Part shown: positions 10,571-23,756 of the stretch, piece after piece
Numbering within the stretch: position 1 is the stretch's first letter
Layout of the letters: every line of letters starts with the position of its first letter
Source: Enoplolaimus lenunculus
Taxonomy: Eukaryota
Reading direction: 5' to 3'
Assembly (NCBI GenBank): GCA_030248215.1
Contig: JASANG010003930.1
Location: 1-64,000, forward strand
Length of the DNA stretch: 64,000 nt
Notes under the pieces: generated by a model
The model's input: only the letters and a program-made list of their open reading frames with translations
Told to the model about the DNA's origin: nothing
Database searches by the model: none
Position numbers and translations under genes: made by a program

Positions 10571-13500
10571 CCGCTCTCCGCACTATATCTTAAAAGCGCA
10601 ACTCAAATTCTTCCTAAAACCCCAATCCGCAACCGATACGTACAGCCTAAATTTGTCCTAAATTTCCAGATATGTCTACTAATAGCGCAGGTTCGGAGCG
10701 GCTTTCTCAGCTTAAATACGGGTCCAAAATGATTGGAACCGGTTTTCAAATCCAGGGGGCCTAAAATTATAATAATATTTCAAAAATTAGTGTTCACAAA
10801 ATTTCAGAATTTGTCGCAAAATCTTAGTTGGCCTTAAACGGCAGCCGGGACGGCTTACTCAGCCAATCCGGCGTGCCGAACCCGAGAGCGCCAGCTCCGA
10901 ACCCGAATTTTAGGGATAAAACAAGCCATTCCTAAAAACGCTCTAAACCGTTATTCCATTCAATTCTCAATTATCTCTAAAATCCTGCTAAACCCTTAAA
11001 AACATAAATTCCTCCTACCCCCCTTTGCGTGCCCTAAGCCTAAAAACACGACTACCCCCCAAACATAAACTGACCAACTCCTTAAGCCGAAGCGAAACCT
11101 CTCAAAACTAAAATTTGAAATTTCTCCAAATTTTTGAAAAATCTACAACACCCATTTCGAGCTCTCCCAATCGCGCAGCGCGGTGCATTGTGAATCTTTT
11201 GAGTAAAAGCCGCCGACACCAATTGTCGAGGCGTATCGTGTTCCCTCTTGTCCTGATAACTTTTGAACGCTACCGCAATCACTCCCCCAAGCATTTGTTC
11301 ATAAAATTTCTGTTGCAGGAAAGATTACTTAAAGGTTTTGAAATTGCTTACAGGCCTTGGAAACGCACAGACGAGTTTTGGGTTGCTAGAACGATATCAA
11401 GAATGGGAGAGGGTACTCACCGGCAAGGCACCCTTCTTTTCCATCCGAGACTTGTCGCTATTGGGAAGCTTTGGGGAGAATTGGAAAGCCTGTCCCCTTT
11501 TCTACCCCTGCCTTGAGTTTCCGCACTGGTGTACACTTTCAGCCCTGTCTCAGCATACGCTCACCTTTAATACTTTCTTAGCAGGGGGTACAGGTTGAAA
11601 AGAGCGTGCGTGCGCGAATATGCGTGGGAACCCAACAAGTTAGGGAAAGCAAACTACATGACAACCAATTAACCACACTCACTCCTTACCAGCTGCTCGG
11701 GCCCTACAACCCCTTCTCTGCCCCTCGAGACGTCAACCCCCAAACGTGTACTACTAACGGAACCTACACTGTGCAAACATTGTGTGCAAATATATATATA
11801 TACCTATCTAGTCAACTAAATACGATCAATTAGCTCTAGTCAGATTCCGCTGGGCACAGGGACGGGACCGGATCTCTAGAGAAACGGAACCAAAACTCAG
11901 ACAGTCAGGCCAGGACCCGAAACCTGCCAAATTTTGGCTGCAAGCTCGCTTTTAGCCTCCCATTTAGGGAATTTCCAACGTCATAGTATCAAACTCAATC
12001 AGGGGGTTTTGTTGTTCCCGAAAACACCAAATCACAGTTCCAGCTTAACATAACTGACTCTTTACCCCCTATGTGGCAAACTCTTACCCCATCGTATCTG
12101 CCCCCTTTTTTGTGCTCATATCGTTCCTCAAATCCTTCAATCTGAGCATGCACAACGCTAACCCCATCTCTCTAAGAGATTATCATTCAAACGCAGTCGT
12201 ACTCTGTTAGAAATTGGGGCAAGAAAAGTGTTGGGGGGTTGAAGTCTGTTAACTGATAACCACCCCATTCTAGTGCGATCAATAGTCCATGGAGTCTCTT
12301 TCCCTTTTTGAACTACTCCCATACGACAACTAGGTCTAATGCTCCCTTTTTCCAGCGTTTTCAAACTCCTGCCTAAGTGTTCAGGTCATCCCCATTTTGC
12401 AATGCTCGTTTGGCTGCTAATTTCTGAAACTGCGGGTCGCCGCTCAGCTCTATATTTATCAAACAAGCTAGGACTGTTTCTCTCTCGGATTCTCTGCTCA
12501 AACGGGGAGACGATTGCGTAGAAGGAATGCATCGGAAAGGGACGGCGCGGGACCACCCGACAATCCAGGAGTACTTAGACCGGCCTTACTAAATGCTTAA
12601 TATGTCGACTAATACGTACGCCCTAATTTGGGATGACAACAGTGCAACACAACAGGATACTAACGATAAACATGAATACAAATATACAATAAAAAACAAC
12701 TAAAAGCCCATTGTTGGGGGTTTTCGACTTGACCATCCCTCACTCTTATGCTTTTGAGTACCACAACATGGCGTCCCCCTTATTTGAATCCGCACACTGT
12801 AAACAAGGGTGGTTTTGCACACCGATATTTACAGAAAAGCTCAAGGAGAAATTCAAACACAGGATAACGATGCAACTAGACATAAGATGTGATGCGGAAT
12901 AATCTAATCAGACACTTAATTGATCCTCCAGGTATCTTCTAGTTATTACTCGGGTAAAGAGGGCCCACCTCTAGTCAAAACTAGAAAAACGCGATTACCC
13001 ATAGACAAATACACGCCAATAATAACTACCAAAATAATATACATATCAGGTTTTACGAAATCAAACAAGGCTAAATCGAAACTTGAATTAGCAGGTTTAG
13101 ATCAGAATGTTTCAACCAAGCTATCGATTATTGGCAAAACAAATCGGACCCTTACGCTTATCAAGGCTAACTTAGGGGCATTTGGGCAGAGTGCAACGAA
13201 AGATCATCACGACTAACTTCAATTACTGTCAAATGCAAGTTCGTAGCCTAAACGCAGGGTAAACTAAGCCACCAGTGCGATTAATAAGCTGATGGTCAGC
13301 ACACACATAATACAGTTATACAGTAGAACAATACACAAACTTACAGTATACAAAAGTTAAACATTTATGCTACAAATTAGGCTGCTCTTAAATTCGGTCT
13401 GTCAGGGCTGCAAATACGACCATAATAGATCTTGTAGAGTTACAAGAAATGCCTTTATTACGTGCTCGCAGAGTGCTAATCGGGCCTATCTGGTTGCAGA

Positions 13501-14123
13501 CCCCCAAGTGTTTGGACAACTCGTGCAGATCATTACAAAATTGTCATGAGCGTGAAATGTGTCCTTGACAATATTGCAATACTTTTTTGTTTTGCTGCAA
13601 ATGAATGGGAGATTAAAATTTTACCAGGGCCAGAGCCTCCATCCCCATGCCCCATTTTAGGGAACCCCACCCCCAACCAGTTCCAACAAAAACCGCCGAG
13701 GTTTCAAAATGCGTCTGGCTTCTCGCTCACTTGCTTGCGAGTTTCAGGACCCACTCTAAAGTTGGGGTTGGGTGGGGGAACTACGCCCTAGTGTGTTCCG
13801 GCGCTGAATACAACTTACTACAAACAACAGAAGTGTTGTGAATGGAGTTCGCCATTTGATAACACTGTAAATCCCGTAAACAAACTCCAAATACGGAACT
13901 GATGCATTCACTAAAACAAACCAAGTAGTGCCCTGCAGCCTAGTATAGATAAGCTTAGGCACGGTAATATAAAGTTACTTGGTAAGTTTTTCTGGTAACT
14001 GTCTACCTATTTTCTGACACAAATCATACGAAGCTATGAACAGCTTTGAAAAATATCACAGGTTCCAGGAGCACAGGCACAGTATCAGCTGTAGGGGTTC
14101 GAACAACAAGCTATCCATTAAAA

Positions 14124-14320
14124 GGCCCATGTATAGAACAGTGCCGGAACAGTAGTATAAGCATATTCCTAAACCTAAGCCTAAGCCTAAGCATAAGCGT
14201 ATGGATGAGCCTATTCCTAAGCTTAAGCCTAAGCCTAAGCAAAAAATTAGCCTAAAGCTTAAACTGACTCTATTATAGCCCCTCCGGAAAACGAGCCGGC
14301 TCTGTTCTATACATGGGTCC
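14124..14320. mobile_element. MITE with TIR CCCATGTATAGAACAG and internal (GCCTAA)n
   Basis: A perfect 16-bp inverted repeat (14126-14141 / 14302-14317) flanks degenerate TTAGGC-type hexamers. Confidence 0.75.
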
Positions 14321-15505
14321 ATCAAAATATACCAATACCAATTTTGCAAGACTAACTGCACATCGTGTTTTACTTTTTATAAAAATCCTAATTGTCTAAA
14401 CATTTGGGGTTCCTGCCTCCCCGCAAATATATCATATTCTGGTTGTCCACGTAACTATTCGACCGCCCATTTCGTCAGCGCCCCTGGCGGAAACCGAGGG
14501 TTTTCACCAGTGCGCATCATAGGTTACACAAATACACATGTTTTGTTAGCCATACAGAAGCACATAAATACTGAACAAAAATGTTTACCCGAACGGTAGA
14601 CGTTTTTCCGTAACCTGAAGAAGATAATAAAAAGTGTCAATACCAGTATAATTTAACCACATGAGAAAACACGTTGACTATTGTACACTTTCTCCCATAC
14701 TTAAAGTTAAGGCTTTAACTTAGGCTTAGGCTTACGCAAACCTTTTAGTGAACCTAAGTCTAACCCTGATCGTAAAAGCTGAAGCCTTGGTGCGAAAGCG
14801 TGCAACAGCCGACATATTTTTAATTTTTGAAAGAAACTTGCAAACTCAGCAGACAGAAAGTAGTATTCTGCAGAACCTATGCAGGTATTTTAACCAATTG
14901 TCAGTAAAAAATTCTTTCTATTCAAACAGTTTGATTCTATATTTAAATCATACGAGTAAAATAAATTAAGCTTGAAATAAAAATTAAGACAGAACGGTAT
15001 CAAACAGGCTCGCACGTAGTCAGTGTTTAATCGTGCTTGCCAACACAATTTTTAACTTAAAATGACTTACTACAAGTGTAGCGGATATCTGTTTCCGGTA
15101 AAAATCGGTGTCCGTTTCTGTTTCCGTTACAGAAATAACGGAAATTCTGTTATTTTTACGTTCAACATTAGTTATAAATCACGTATATATCTCGCTATTT
15201 TTTGTTACCAATATGCTGCACAACTGTTTGAAATGAAATAAAAAGGTTAATATCTTCACGCCTCAATTGTGTTGATTACACAAATAAAACATTTTTGAAA
15301 CATTTATACTTCAATATCCGTTTCCTGTTTCCGTTATTTTTTGCTCGCGTGCGTAGTGTCATAACGTGAGGTTAATATGCGTGGTGAGTTTGAAATTTGC
15401 CACATGTCAACCCTACTTTATAACACTTGCTGTACGCGGGCAAAATTTCTGATTGTGAACGACACATTATTGCACCCTTAATTATATAGACAGAAATAGC
15501 AAAAA

Positions 15506-18500
15506 CTACAACCTGTAGAGAGATACAGAAGACGTGGACGTTTTTCGTATAAATCCACCGCAGCACAAAGGCGAAACATTTTCGTTTTCCGCTCCTGGTT
15601 TTATTGCGTCTCGAATGTCATCAATGAATTCGGTGATCCATGTGTAGACTGGCACCAGCCGGTTGAAAATGCTTGTTGTCCAATGAGATTTAAGATTACC
15701 CGCCGATGAGCATCGTGATAGACTGATATGGGTTGGAATTAAATGGCTGTCTGCTATATTCGAAATTGAGTAACTCAAATATTTCTTATCATCGGAACGC
15801 CTGAAGTAAAAACTTCGAAATCCATAAGCCCCATTCGCACGTGCAAGTTTATGCTGCGAGAAGTCACAGTTGCAATTTGTAAAAATACAAGTTTTTTAAT
15901 TAGGTTGCAGCTGCAAGTGCTTGATGCAAAAACGTGCACTTGCAAGTTGCAGCTGTGAGTTCTCGTTTCAAGAAATTGCACGAGTGATAAGGGTTTTATG
16001 CATTTTTTGAAAAATCAGCTGTTAATTACTAACCAGGTTCTACTTTTCAGTTTGAAAATTATATTTATGAGGCTTACGACCTTCAGCCGTAAGCCCCTTC
16101 GCTAGCGGTGCATAACACTAAGCATTTAAAAGCAGTTTGGGCTCTTGAATGCTCTTTTCAAATTTTCAAGCAAGATCATGCTTGATCTTAGATTTGCGAA
16201 AAAGCTTACATATGCCTACTCCTTAGTCTAAACATAGGCCTCAGTATAAGCTTAAGCGTTAGCCTTCAATACGACGAAGTGTACAAGAGTCCTGGTGTGA
16301 TTTTACCATTATGTGTAAAAAGCAGATGCGCCTTTAGTGATAGTACTAATTGAAACTTGGTGAGGAAACAAAATGAACTGGAGAACAAGTAAAAATGTGG
16401 CCCGTTTCTGAACGAGATTACCCACAGCTAATATGTGTAATAGGCTGCAGCAGCACCCATTTGGACATTGTAAGCAATTTTTATATTGGCAGGTCTAAAT
16501 CAGTGAAATCATTCCTAAATGATGCCCACACTGTTTTCTAGAATACAATATACTCAAAAGTATCACTTTGCACACCCCATCACAATATTCTGTCGGGTGG
16601 GGGTACGTTCCAAGCAAAGATCCTAGTGTTAGATTTAACTTTTAAGGATGCGCTATACTTTTTAATTATTTTAATGGCGTACAGCGCCATCCGTCACCGT
16701 GCGTCGCGTTGCGAAATCGTACGCGAATTGCTCACGTACAATATCGTATGGTTACGGGCAGTGACGGACGTCGCCGCTCAATAAGTAAGTAGAGCACCAT
16801 CCTTTAGTTGACTGAAACTACCAGCTTTTCGTACCAACACTCGCTCTGGCCTGAAAAACGTGGATGTGCAATTGACGGTACATCTAGAGACTGCCGTTTG
16901 CCGCATCGAGGTGACGAACTGTTACTGTCTTCATCGCTGTTTGTATCGAATGACCCTTGTGGTTGTAAGCCGTCTTGACCAATCAAAAGCGTCGGGATTG
17001 AAGCGCTTCGTTGAGGTGTATTTGCTAGTCCTCCAGCTGAAAATATTGAGGAACCCTATCAGGCGAAGCCGTCTGATAAATCTAATTGCTCTCTGACTAA
17101 TCTATGCGGATCAAGGATCAACCCTCCCCACCAGCGCTGCCGTGCTGAACATTTTGCGATGTATATAATACCCCTCAAACTCACAATGTGTTTTCAACCG
17201 AAACGGTGAAAAAAATATGGCGAGATTGCAACACAATCTCAAAATGTTTGCATCTTCAGCGAAACTGGTAAACCTTTTAATATCGAAAAATTTACTAGTA
17301 AAATGCGCTTTTAACTACAAAATTGCGGAACTCAAAAAGTATCCTCCCATACCGGTAACTTCCGGATCCGCCACTGCTATTGCTTAATGTTGTTTAATTT
17401 GCGCTGGTTAAATTGCAGATGGTAAATTTTTTCAAATGATTGCAAAAATCGGCATACTAGTGCGCCTAATGCTTGACGCTGTTTGAACGGCGCTGAACGG
17501 CATAATCGCAGTCACAACTTTTTGGCGAAAAACTATTACAATACGCCAAAGTGAATAACGCTTAAATGTTCGGAACTGAACCCCTAAACGCGCACCTAAA
17601 CTGAGAAAGATTTCAATTTGTCTTTTTTATATCATACCTAAAGCTTCAGTCGTCAGTAAGGAACTCGTTAGAGCTGTTCGGAAGTTTGTCAACACATCAT
17701 CTAACGAATCGGTTGATTGTGTGGTAACTTCTTCTCCAAACTAAACAGTATTTTGCTTGGGTTTTTAGTCACCTATTAGACAGGTTGCGAATAATATTTG
17801 GATACTGAACAACATGCACTTAGCCAACTCACCTTCGTAGGCGGGCTAAATTTTTTCAGTAGGGCACACAAGGGGTTTCAATGACGTACAAGCACGGCTA
17901 AAATTATGTTGGGGGTCAAAAATGTTTCATAAGGGGCTCAGCTCCCGATTCCTCCTTGGCTACGGGCCCGCTGAACAAGTGTCGTAACTTTGTACCTGAA
18001 AGTTTAGTCTTAGCTTCAGTTGAAAACCAAACAAGAAGTGAACGACACCTGAAGATTTACCGCTTTGTTCGTGTTGGCTTGCGGAATACAAAAATAAAAC
18101 TCTTCATACTCGTTAGAGTTGTCTGTAATTGTCAGATTGCTTTTATTTCGCAAATTCACTTAATGTTACGAAAAATTCAAATACAGTGCTTATGATATTA
18201 GTTCGTTAAATTTTCTCAACCTTTTCTTCTGTTATCTACCACTCAACGTATTACATTGATTATAGAACATTTTCCAAATACGTAACTGATCTATATATGA
18301 TCAAGTATAAAAGGATAAAAGTTAGCTTGAACAATGCCTAAATTACACTTTGGGTGTTTTAGCTCTGTCAATATAGATTGGTACATTTGTGCTAATGATT
18401 TTGAGTGCTCACTTCAGCGTGGAATGTTAGCTTTACTTCAGGTGTAGCCGATGGTGCGTTTGATGCGAATTGAGCTTTAGAAGCGTTAGATTTGTCGGCC

Positions 18501-18532
18501 GAACCACGACGAAAGCTACGACGTCGAAGCAT
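15506..18532 (-). CDS. Four-exon gene, hypothetical Ser-rich protein of ~239 aa (exons 18532-18413, 17740-17638, 17036-16835, 15800-15506)
   Basis: ATG at 18532 (MLRRRSFRRGSADK...). Three GT-AG introns with matching phases (0, 1, 2) and good acceptors (tgtttAG, ttttcAG, acttcAG) give a 720-nt open frame. It may instead splice onward from a donor at 15512. Confidence 0.75.
15827..15995. mobile_element. PIF/Harbinger-like MITE, diverged copy of the 26836-27115 family
   Basis: Shares AGCCC.ATTC.CACGTGCAAG ends and GTTGCAGCTG internal motifs with 26836-27115. Confidence 0.6.
16644..16804. mobile_element. Short TIR element (AAGGATG...CATCCTT), Harbinger-like; second copy at ~57790-57920 in opposite orientation
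   Basis: Terminal inverted repeat. TATACTTTTTAATTATTTTAATG and CCGTCAC blocks recur, reverse-complemented, at 57866-57909. Confidence 0.6.
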
Positions 18533-20004
18533 AAAACCGTTTCACACAATAAATATATTTGTTAAAAATTTGATCTAGTTTATCAATTGTAAACTATCAA
18601 TTCGCTTTCTGAAATCTTAAACCCATCCACATATACATGTGAAACTGAAATCGAAATATATTTCAAAAAACATAATTTGGAAAAACAGAGTAAATAATAA
18701 CGGTAGGCCGGTAGCCAGTTCCCATTGATACGGTGGCTAAACAGTTTTCAAAAGGGGCATACAAGGATTTTCGAGAGGGAAGAGCTTATCCTTGGCTACG
18801 GCCCGAATAAACCAACATATAATGTATACCATTTTTGCTAATGGAGGCTAACAGGGATTTAAAAATATGACAAACAGGTGTGAGGCTTATGTCAACTGAG
18901 ATTCGCCAGCTAAAATGTACTTTTACTGCAACTGGTTACGTTTGTCGTATTCTTGCAATATTTAATCACACTGATACTCAGTCTGTACGCAACTCTTATT
19001 CTATATTTAAACCAAAAATAATAAAGCAAGCAGTAATTGACAATCATACGCTGAGTTATTTTTAAAATGTTATCAGTACCCCGAGGCAACTTCCTATTTG
19101 ATTAAGTAATCTATTAAATGCTTGAAAGGTATAAATTTTCTTTCAAATATTAAAAGTCTGATAGATATACGCCTTGGAGCTGATTTAAAAACTTGCGTTT
19201 GCCGAATAATAATCGTTTGGTAATCAAAATTGCACAATTTGCGAAGGCACAATTGCATTAATTGCATATAAATATTTTACCAGAATTGAACATAGACTTC
19301 ACGTGCCCTAACGACACTCACTGGCTTGTTTGGTATGGGGTTCGACAACTATATTGCTTCCACTGCCCCCGATTATTGGCATACGTGACTAAATGCAATA
19401 TGACCGATCACTTCATTAAATTTTATTCTAATTGGCTGAAATAGAAAAAACAACATTCCTGAAAATTTTTTCAAATTTAGCAAAAAATAGATCGCTCAAA
19501 TTGTATTGAATATCTCACAGTTTTCGTAGATATTGATTATATTTTAAATATATTCCAGCTTATAATTTAGGCGCGATGCGATTTTAACGTTTTCATACGC
19601 TGGTAGATTCTTTAAGCACTGCGGGGCTGAAAATTATGTTACTGAAAGTATTTGTCTGAAGGTTATGTGTTTCCAGTCAACTTAGCTGAAAAATATGGCG
19701 GGAAAACAACAGGAGTCATGGAAATTTTGCGCCTTCGCTGCGCGAGCGAACCGAACGAGAAGCCAAACCCAATTTTCGTACAAACGTTGTTTGGTTTTGA
19801 TCTCTGTTGCCGGGTTAGCAATAGGTGACTCAGGTTTAAACGGTCATTGACTTGTCGCAGAACAATATTATGCAAATTACATCTTGGTTGCCCTTAACAA
19901 TATATTTTTAACAGTGTCATGACTCAATACCAAAATAACCACAAAACTCAAAACAAACCCATAGGGAGCTTTTATACTAGAAAATAATCGAACGTCAGAG
20001 ACTA

Positions 20005-20224
20005 CACTGCAAAAAATGGGGAGTCAAATTGACTCCCTCCGAAATAGGTTTTTACTGACTTCACAAACTGAGTCAACATTCGACTCCGTCAGAGTCAAAT
20101 TCGATTCATTGAATCGCTCAGTGAGTCGAATTTGACTCTGGCGGAGTCGAATTTGACTCAGTTTGTGTAGTCAGGAAAAGCCTATTTCTCAGACAGTCAA
20201 TTTGGCTCCCTATATTTTACAGTG
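20005..20224. mobile_element. Palindromic MITE with CACTG...CAGTG ends and TA target duplication
   Basis: Almost entirely fold-back, with GAGTCAAATT/AATTTGACTC subrepeats and TA on both sides. Second copy at 62202-62400. Confidence 0.85.
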
Positions 20225-20539
20225 TAAATAGACCATTCTATTATAGTATTACAGCGAAAAGCCTTTAAAAAACAACGAGTATATTGTACGCCATTTTGAA
20301 CAATGTAACTCATAACTGTGTACGAGTTTTTACAGTTGAAAAATTATATACAAACGTTGAAAACTAGCGTTTTGTCTAGAGTTGGTAAGATGATGTCACA
20401 CTTAATAACATCAAATACCGAGATAATATCCTAGAATTTTCCATGGGTGCTGCTCTCGTTTGCAAAAAATTCAAACTATACGAACATTTTCTAAAATAAT
20501 TTAATTGGTCTAATAATGTCGAAAGGCTACTGCTTTCGA

Positions 20540-21749
20540 CCGGTGTCGCATGAAACAATGACCCCTAACGACACCCGGGCACTTGTTCAAGGGTGCCCGA
20601 ATTTCACATTACTATAGTGTGAAAAAATCAACCCCATGAAAAAGAGACCCTCCGGTCATTTTTACACGGCCGATGTAGGAATGAAATATTGATCCGCCGT
20701 GAATAAAATGACCCCGTTTCAATCCAGCCAAACGTTTTACAACAGGAATGACTAGGAGCTGCTTACTAAATGTGCCAAGTATACCGTTCTTCCCCTTGGT
20801 AGATAACGTAATTGAGATGTCGTCATTCAATACACTTCTAAATGACTAATGTGCATTGCGCACACTATGAAATTGAGAGAAATTAACAATCGTCATAGTT
20901 GTTTATGCTTATCACTTTTTTCTAGTTGGATTTTAGACATTGTACACTAACACAGCCACATATCGCCGAACAAAATGGTTAATACTGCAGACGTTCCGTG
21001 CTCAGACATTAAAATTATCTCGAAACCATTAATGTTGACCTCGACACTAGCTCGGGGAAGCGGACCGGACCAACCTCGAATGCCCACCGAAAAATTCGGG
21101 ATTTGCCATTGTAAAACGTCCTGAAGTTGGATTTTGAAGGGCAGGCAAACCTAGGTCCATCATGTTTTACCGTAATATGATGTTGAAATATGTAATAATT
21201 TCAGTCAGGAACATTGAATATTTGAAGCGAATTTGGTTTTGGCAACACATTTCTTGTTTGTGGTCACACACCTCAGGTATAAAATGCACAAGTAAAGCGC
21301 CACTGTAAAAGTTCAGCGATGCATGTGGGCCTTTGAACCAAAATCCTGGTTAGTGGTTACGCCAACGTATGCATTTGTTTTGATTCTTCTAGTCAATTTT
21401 TGTTGAACTTAAATTCGCTTCATCGTTGGTTTCTCAAATTATGACCGATAATAGTGGTCTGCTTGGTGTTTATTTAGATTAAGCTTTCATTGTACTTAAG
21501 AATATTCGCCAACGGGATGTGATTTATTTTCGCAGAGAATAAATTTTAGAAAAGCGCTGTGTAAAACTGACCAGGGGTCTCTTCTTAACAGGGATCATTT
21601 TTTCATACGACATTGTGTACAAATGACCGGCGTCTCTTTTTATTGGGGTTGGGGTTATTTTTTCACACGACAGTACAACTAAAATCGGACCCTCATGAAA
21701 ATATGCCTGGGTGTCATTTTTTGGGGTCATTTTTTTCATGCGACCCCGG
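20540..21749. mobile_element. ~1.2-kb non-autonomous element (or two inverted copies) with long subrepeat-rich TIRs
   Basis: CCGGTGTCGCATGAAACAATGACCCC at 20540 is mirrored by GGGGTCATTTTTTTCATGCGACCCCGG ending at 21749. About 180 bp of GAAAAAATGACCC-like subrepeats on each side. Confidence 0.65.
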
Positions 21750-23756
21750 AATCGGCTAGCCCTGCTACTGTAAACAAAGAGCTAAAGCATGTAGCTATAA
21801 ATCTTTGTCCTGCGTTTGACATGTTGAAAAATAACATCTAATGCACACAGGCGCACGGCTAACATTTTACTATTAATTTTAAACTTTTATGATGTTTTTC
21901 TTGATTTGAAATATACGTATGCAGTTAATAATTAACCGGCAGCTATTGACAAATATGGAGCGTGTTTCTTGTGAGTTAAATGTGTTTGACGTATGAAAAC
22001 CTACATAGAAAGCTGGTCAACTTCCGGTACCTACAGGTAATAATATGAAAGAACAAACCAGGACCTATTTGTCAAATTTGCCTCCCAATGGTCGTATCAT
22101 AACAGACGAGGCGTTGCCAAGATTTCAATTGAGTGGCGTGCAGGCCGCCAGGAGTTCGGTAAAAAATTGGTTTTAAACAATTCGCAAGTGAAGCGAGCGG
22201 AAAGCTTAATAATTTGAAAATTGATGTGTTCTAATGAAAAATTCGAGTTTTGCTCGATTTCGATAGTTCAACTGATTCGATCGCTAGGTCTTCCTGTTCC
22301 GCCATTACAGTGTGTAAAAACGGTAATGAAAACCTCGCGGGTGAAAAGTCAGACGTAATTTTAGTATAATTCTTTGCAACAACCGCGAAACGTTTATTGG
22401 CTGATGAATTACGTGGTCTACATCCGTAAGGCCCCATAATTATGCTCCTGTATAAAACATCATGTAACAAACGGTAGTCATACCATGTTGTACAAACCAC
22501 CTGTATACATTATTATTAGTCTGTTAAAAGCTTGCTAGTATATGATGATAAGCACATACAAAGTGATTAATGAAGCTTGTCGTAAAATTAGTGTTTACTA
22601 CAAACCGAACCATATTAACCTTATTACCCTCTGTACAGCGGTCAATAGCCAACTGTTTAAATCGTGTCAGCATTTCATGGTAGTATTTAGGCAGTGTTTA
22701 AGGCCGTAAATTTAAAAGATATATATCTTAAGATTTTTTCAGCTTTTTACCTTTGGTATAATATATCTGTCAAACCTGTTCCGTACTTATATTTCACCGT
22801 CTAAATATGAGCACATTTTTTGGTCTTCCAAGCTTAAGTTATCGGTTTGAACAGGTTCTCAGCAAAGTAGAAAAGCAGTGTTGCCACTGGCCAGACTTTC
22901 AACTCTAAACCTAACCATTGAACTAATGTTTAATGCTAAAATTTTGCGTTGTCTATCTAATTTTGCTAAACGAGGTTTCATCCACTAATATATTGATGCC
23001 GTGACCCACGTCGTTGAGATTCGTTAGCCCGTGTAAAGATCAGGACAGGGTACAGGGACGTTTTTCTGTGAGATTGTAATAGAATAAGCTTATGCTTTAG
23101 ACTAATTTTTTGCTTAGGCTTGGCTTAGGTATAAGTTCATTTTTACGCTTAGGCTTATCAACATGTTTACTACTGTTACGACCGTGTTCTATACATTGGC
23201 CAATTCGTTTTACAGTCTGTCTATGGAATTTGGTCAAACACGTACAGTAAGAAAAGTTTGTTTTTTATTCTAATCAAAAATCAGTACGTGACCAGAACAA
23301 CGAATAAATAAACCAGTCTGTGTGTTTGATTGATCGATTGCTATTGGTAAATTGATCGCAACTAAAATTTAGGCAAAATAAAAAAATCTATGTTTGGAAG
23401 GTTGCTGTATACTGTAGTGACCCGAATAAGTGAGTGGGTGCCTGATATTTAATTTCATCTTTCCAAAATGAACCTATGAACCTATCCGGTAATAAACTGT
23501 AGTTTACTGTTCAACACCTGAAGAAGCACGCCATTGACTTACGCCAGCCGCACTATATGATATAATGTCGTTATATACTTTACGAATATATACTTTTAAA
23601 GACTCAGTGGTCTTTTATGAATAAAACATAGCATTGAGTTACAATCAAATGCTCTATTAAACTTTGCTCGGTTCATGAAGCATTTACGCAATCTATTAGT
23701 TTGGTTAGCTGATCTTTATGGGCAATAATCGGTAATTCTGAACTCTATCCATTTAA

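Larger units (their letters stand above)
1..14040. mobile_element. Decayed large virus-like/Polinton (Maverick)-like element, tentative; left end outside the window
   Basis: Distinct composition, no host MITEs, only broken ORFs, internal promoter and satellite. Contains a degenerate minor-capsid-like peptide and other weak viral motifs. No pPolB, integrase or TIR recognised. Confidence 0.4.
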
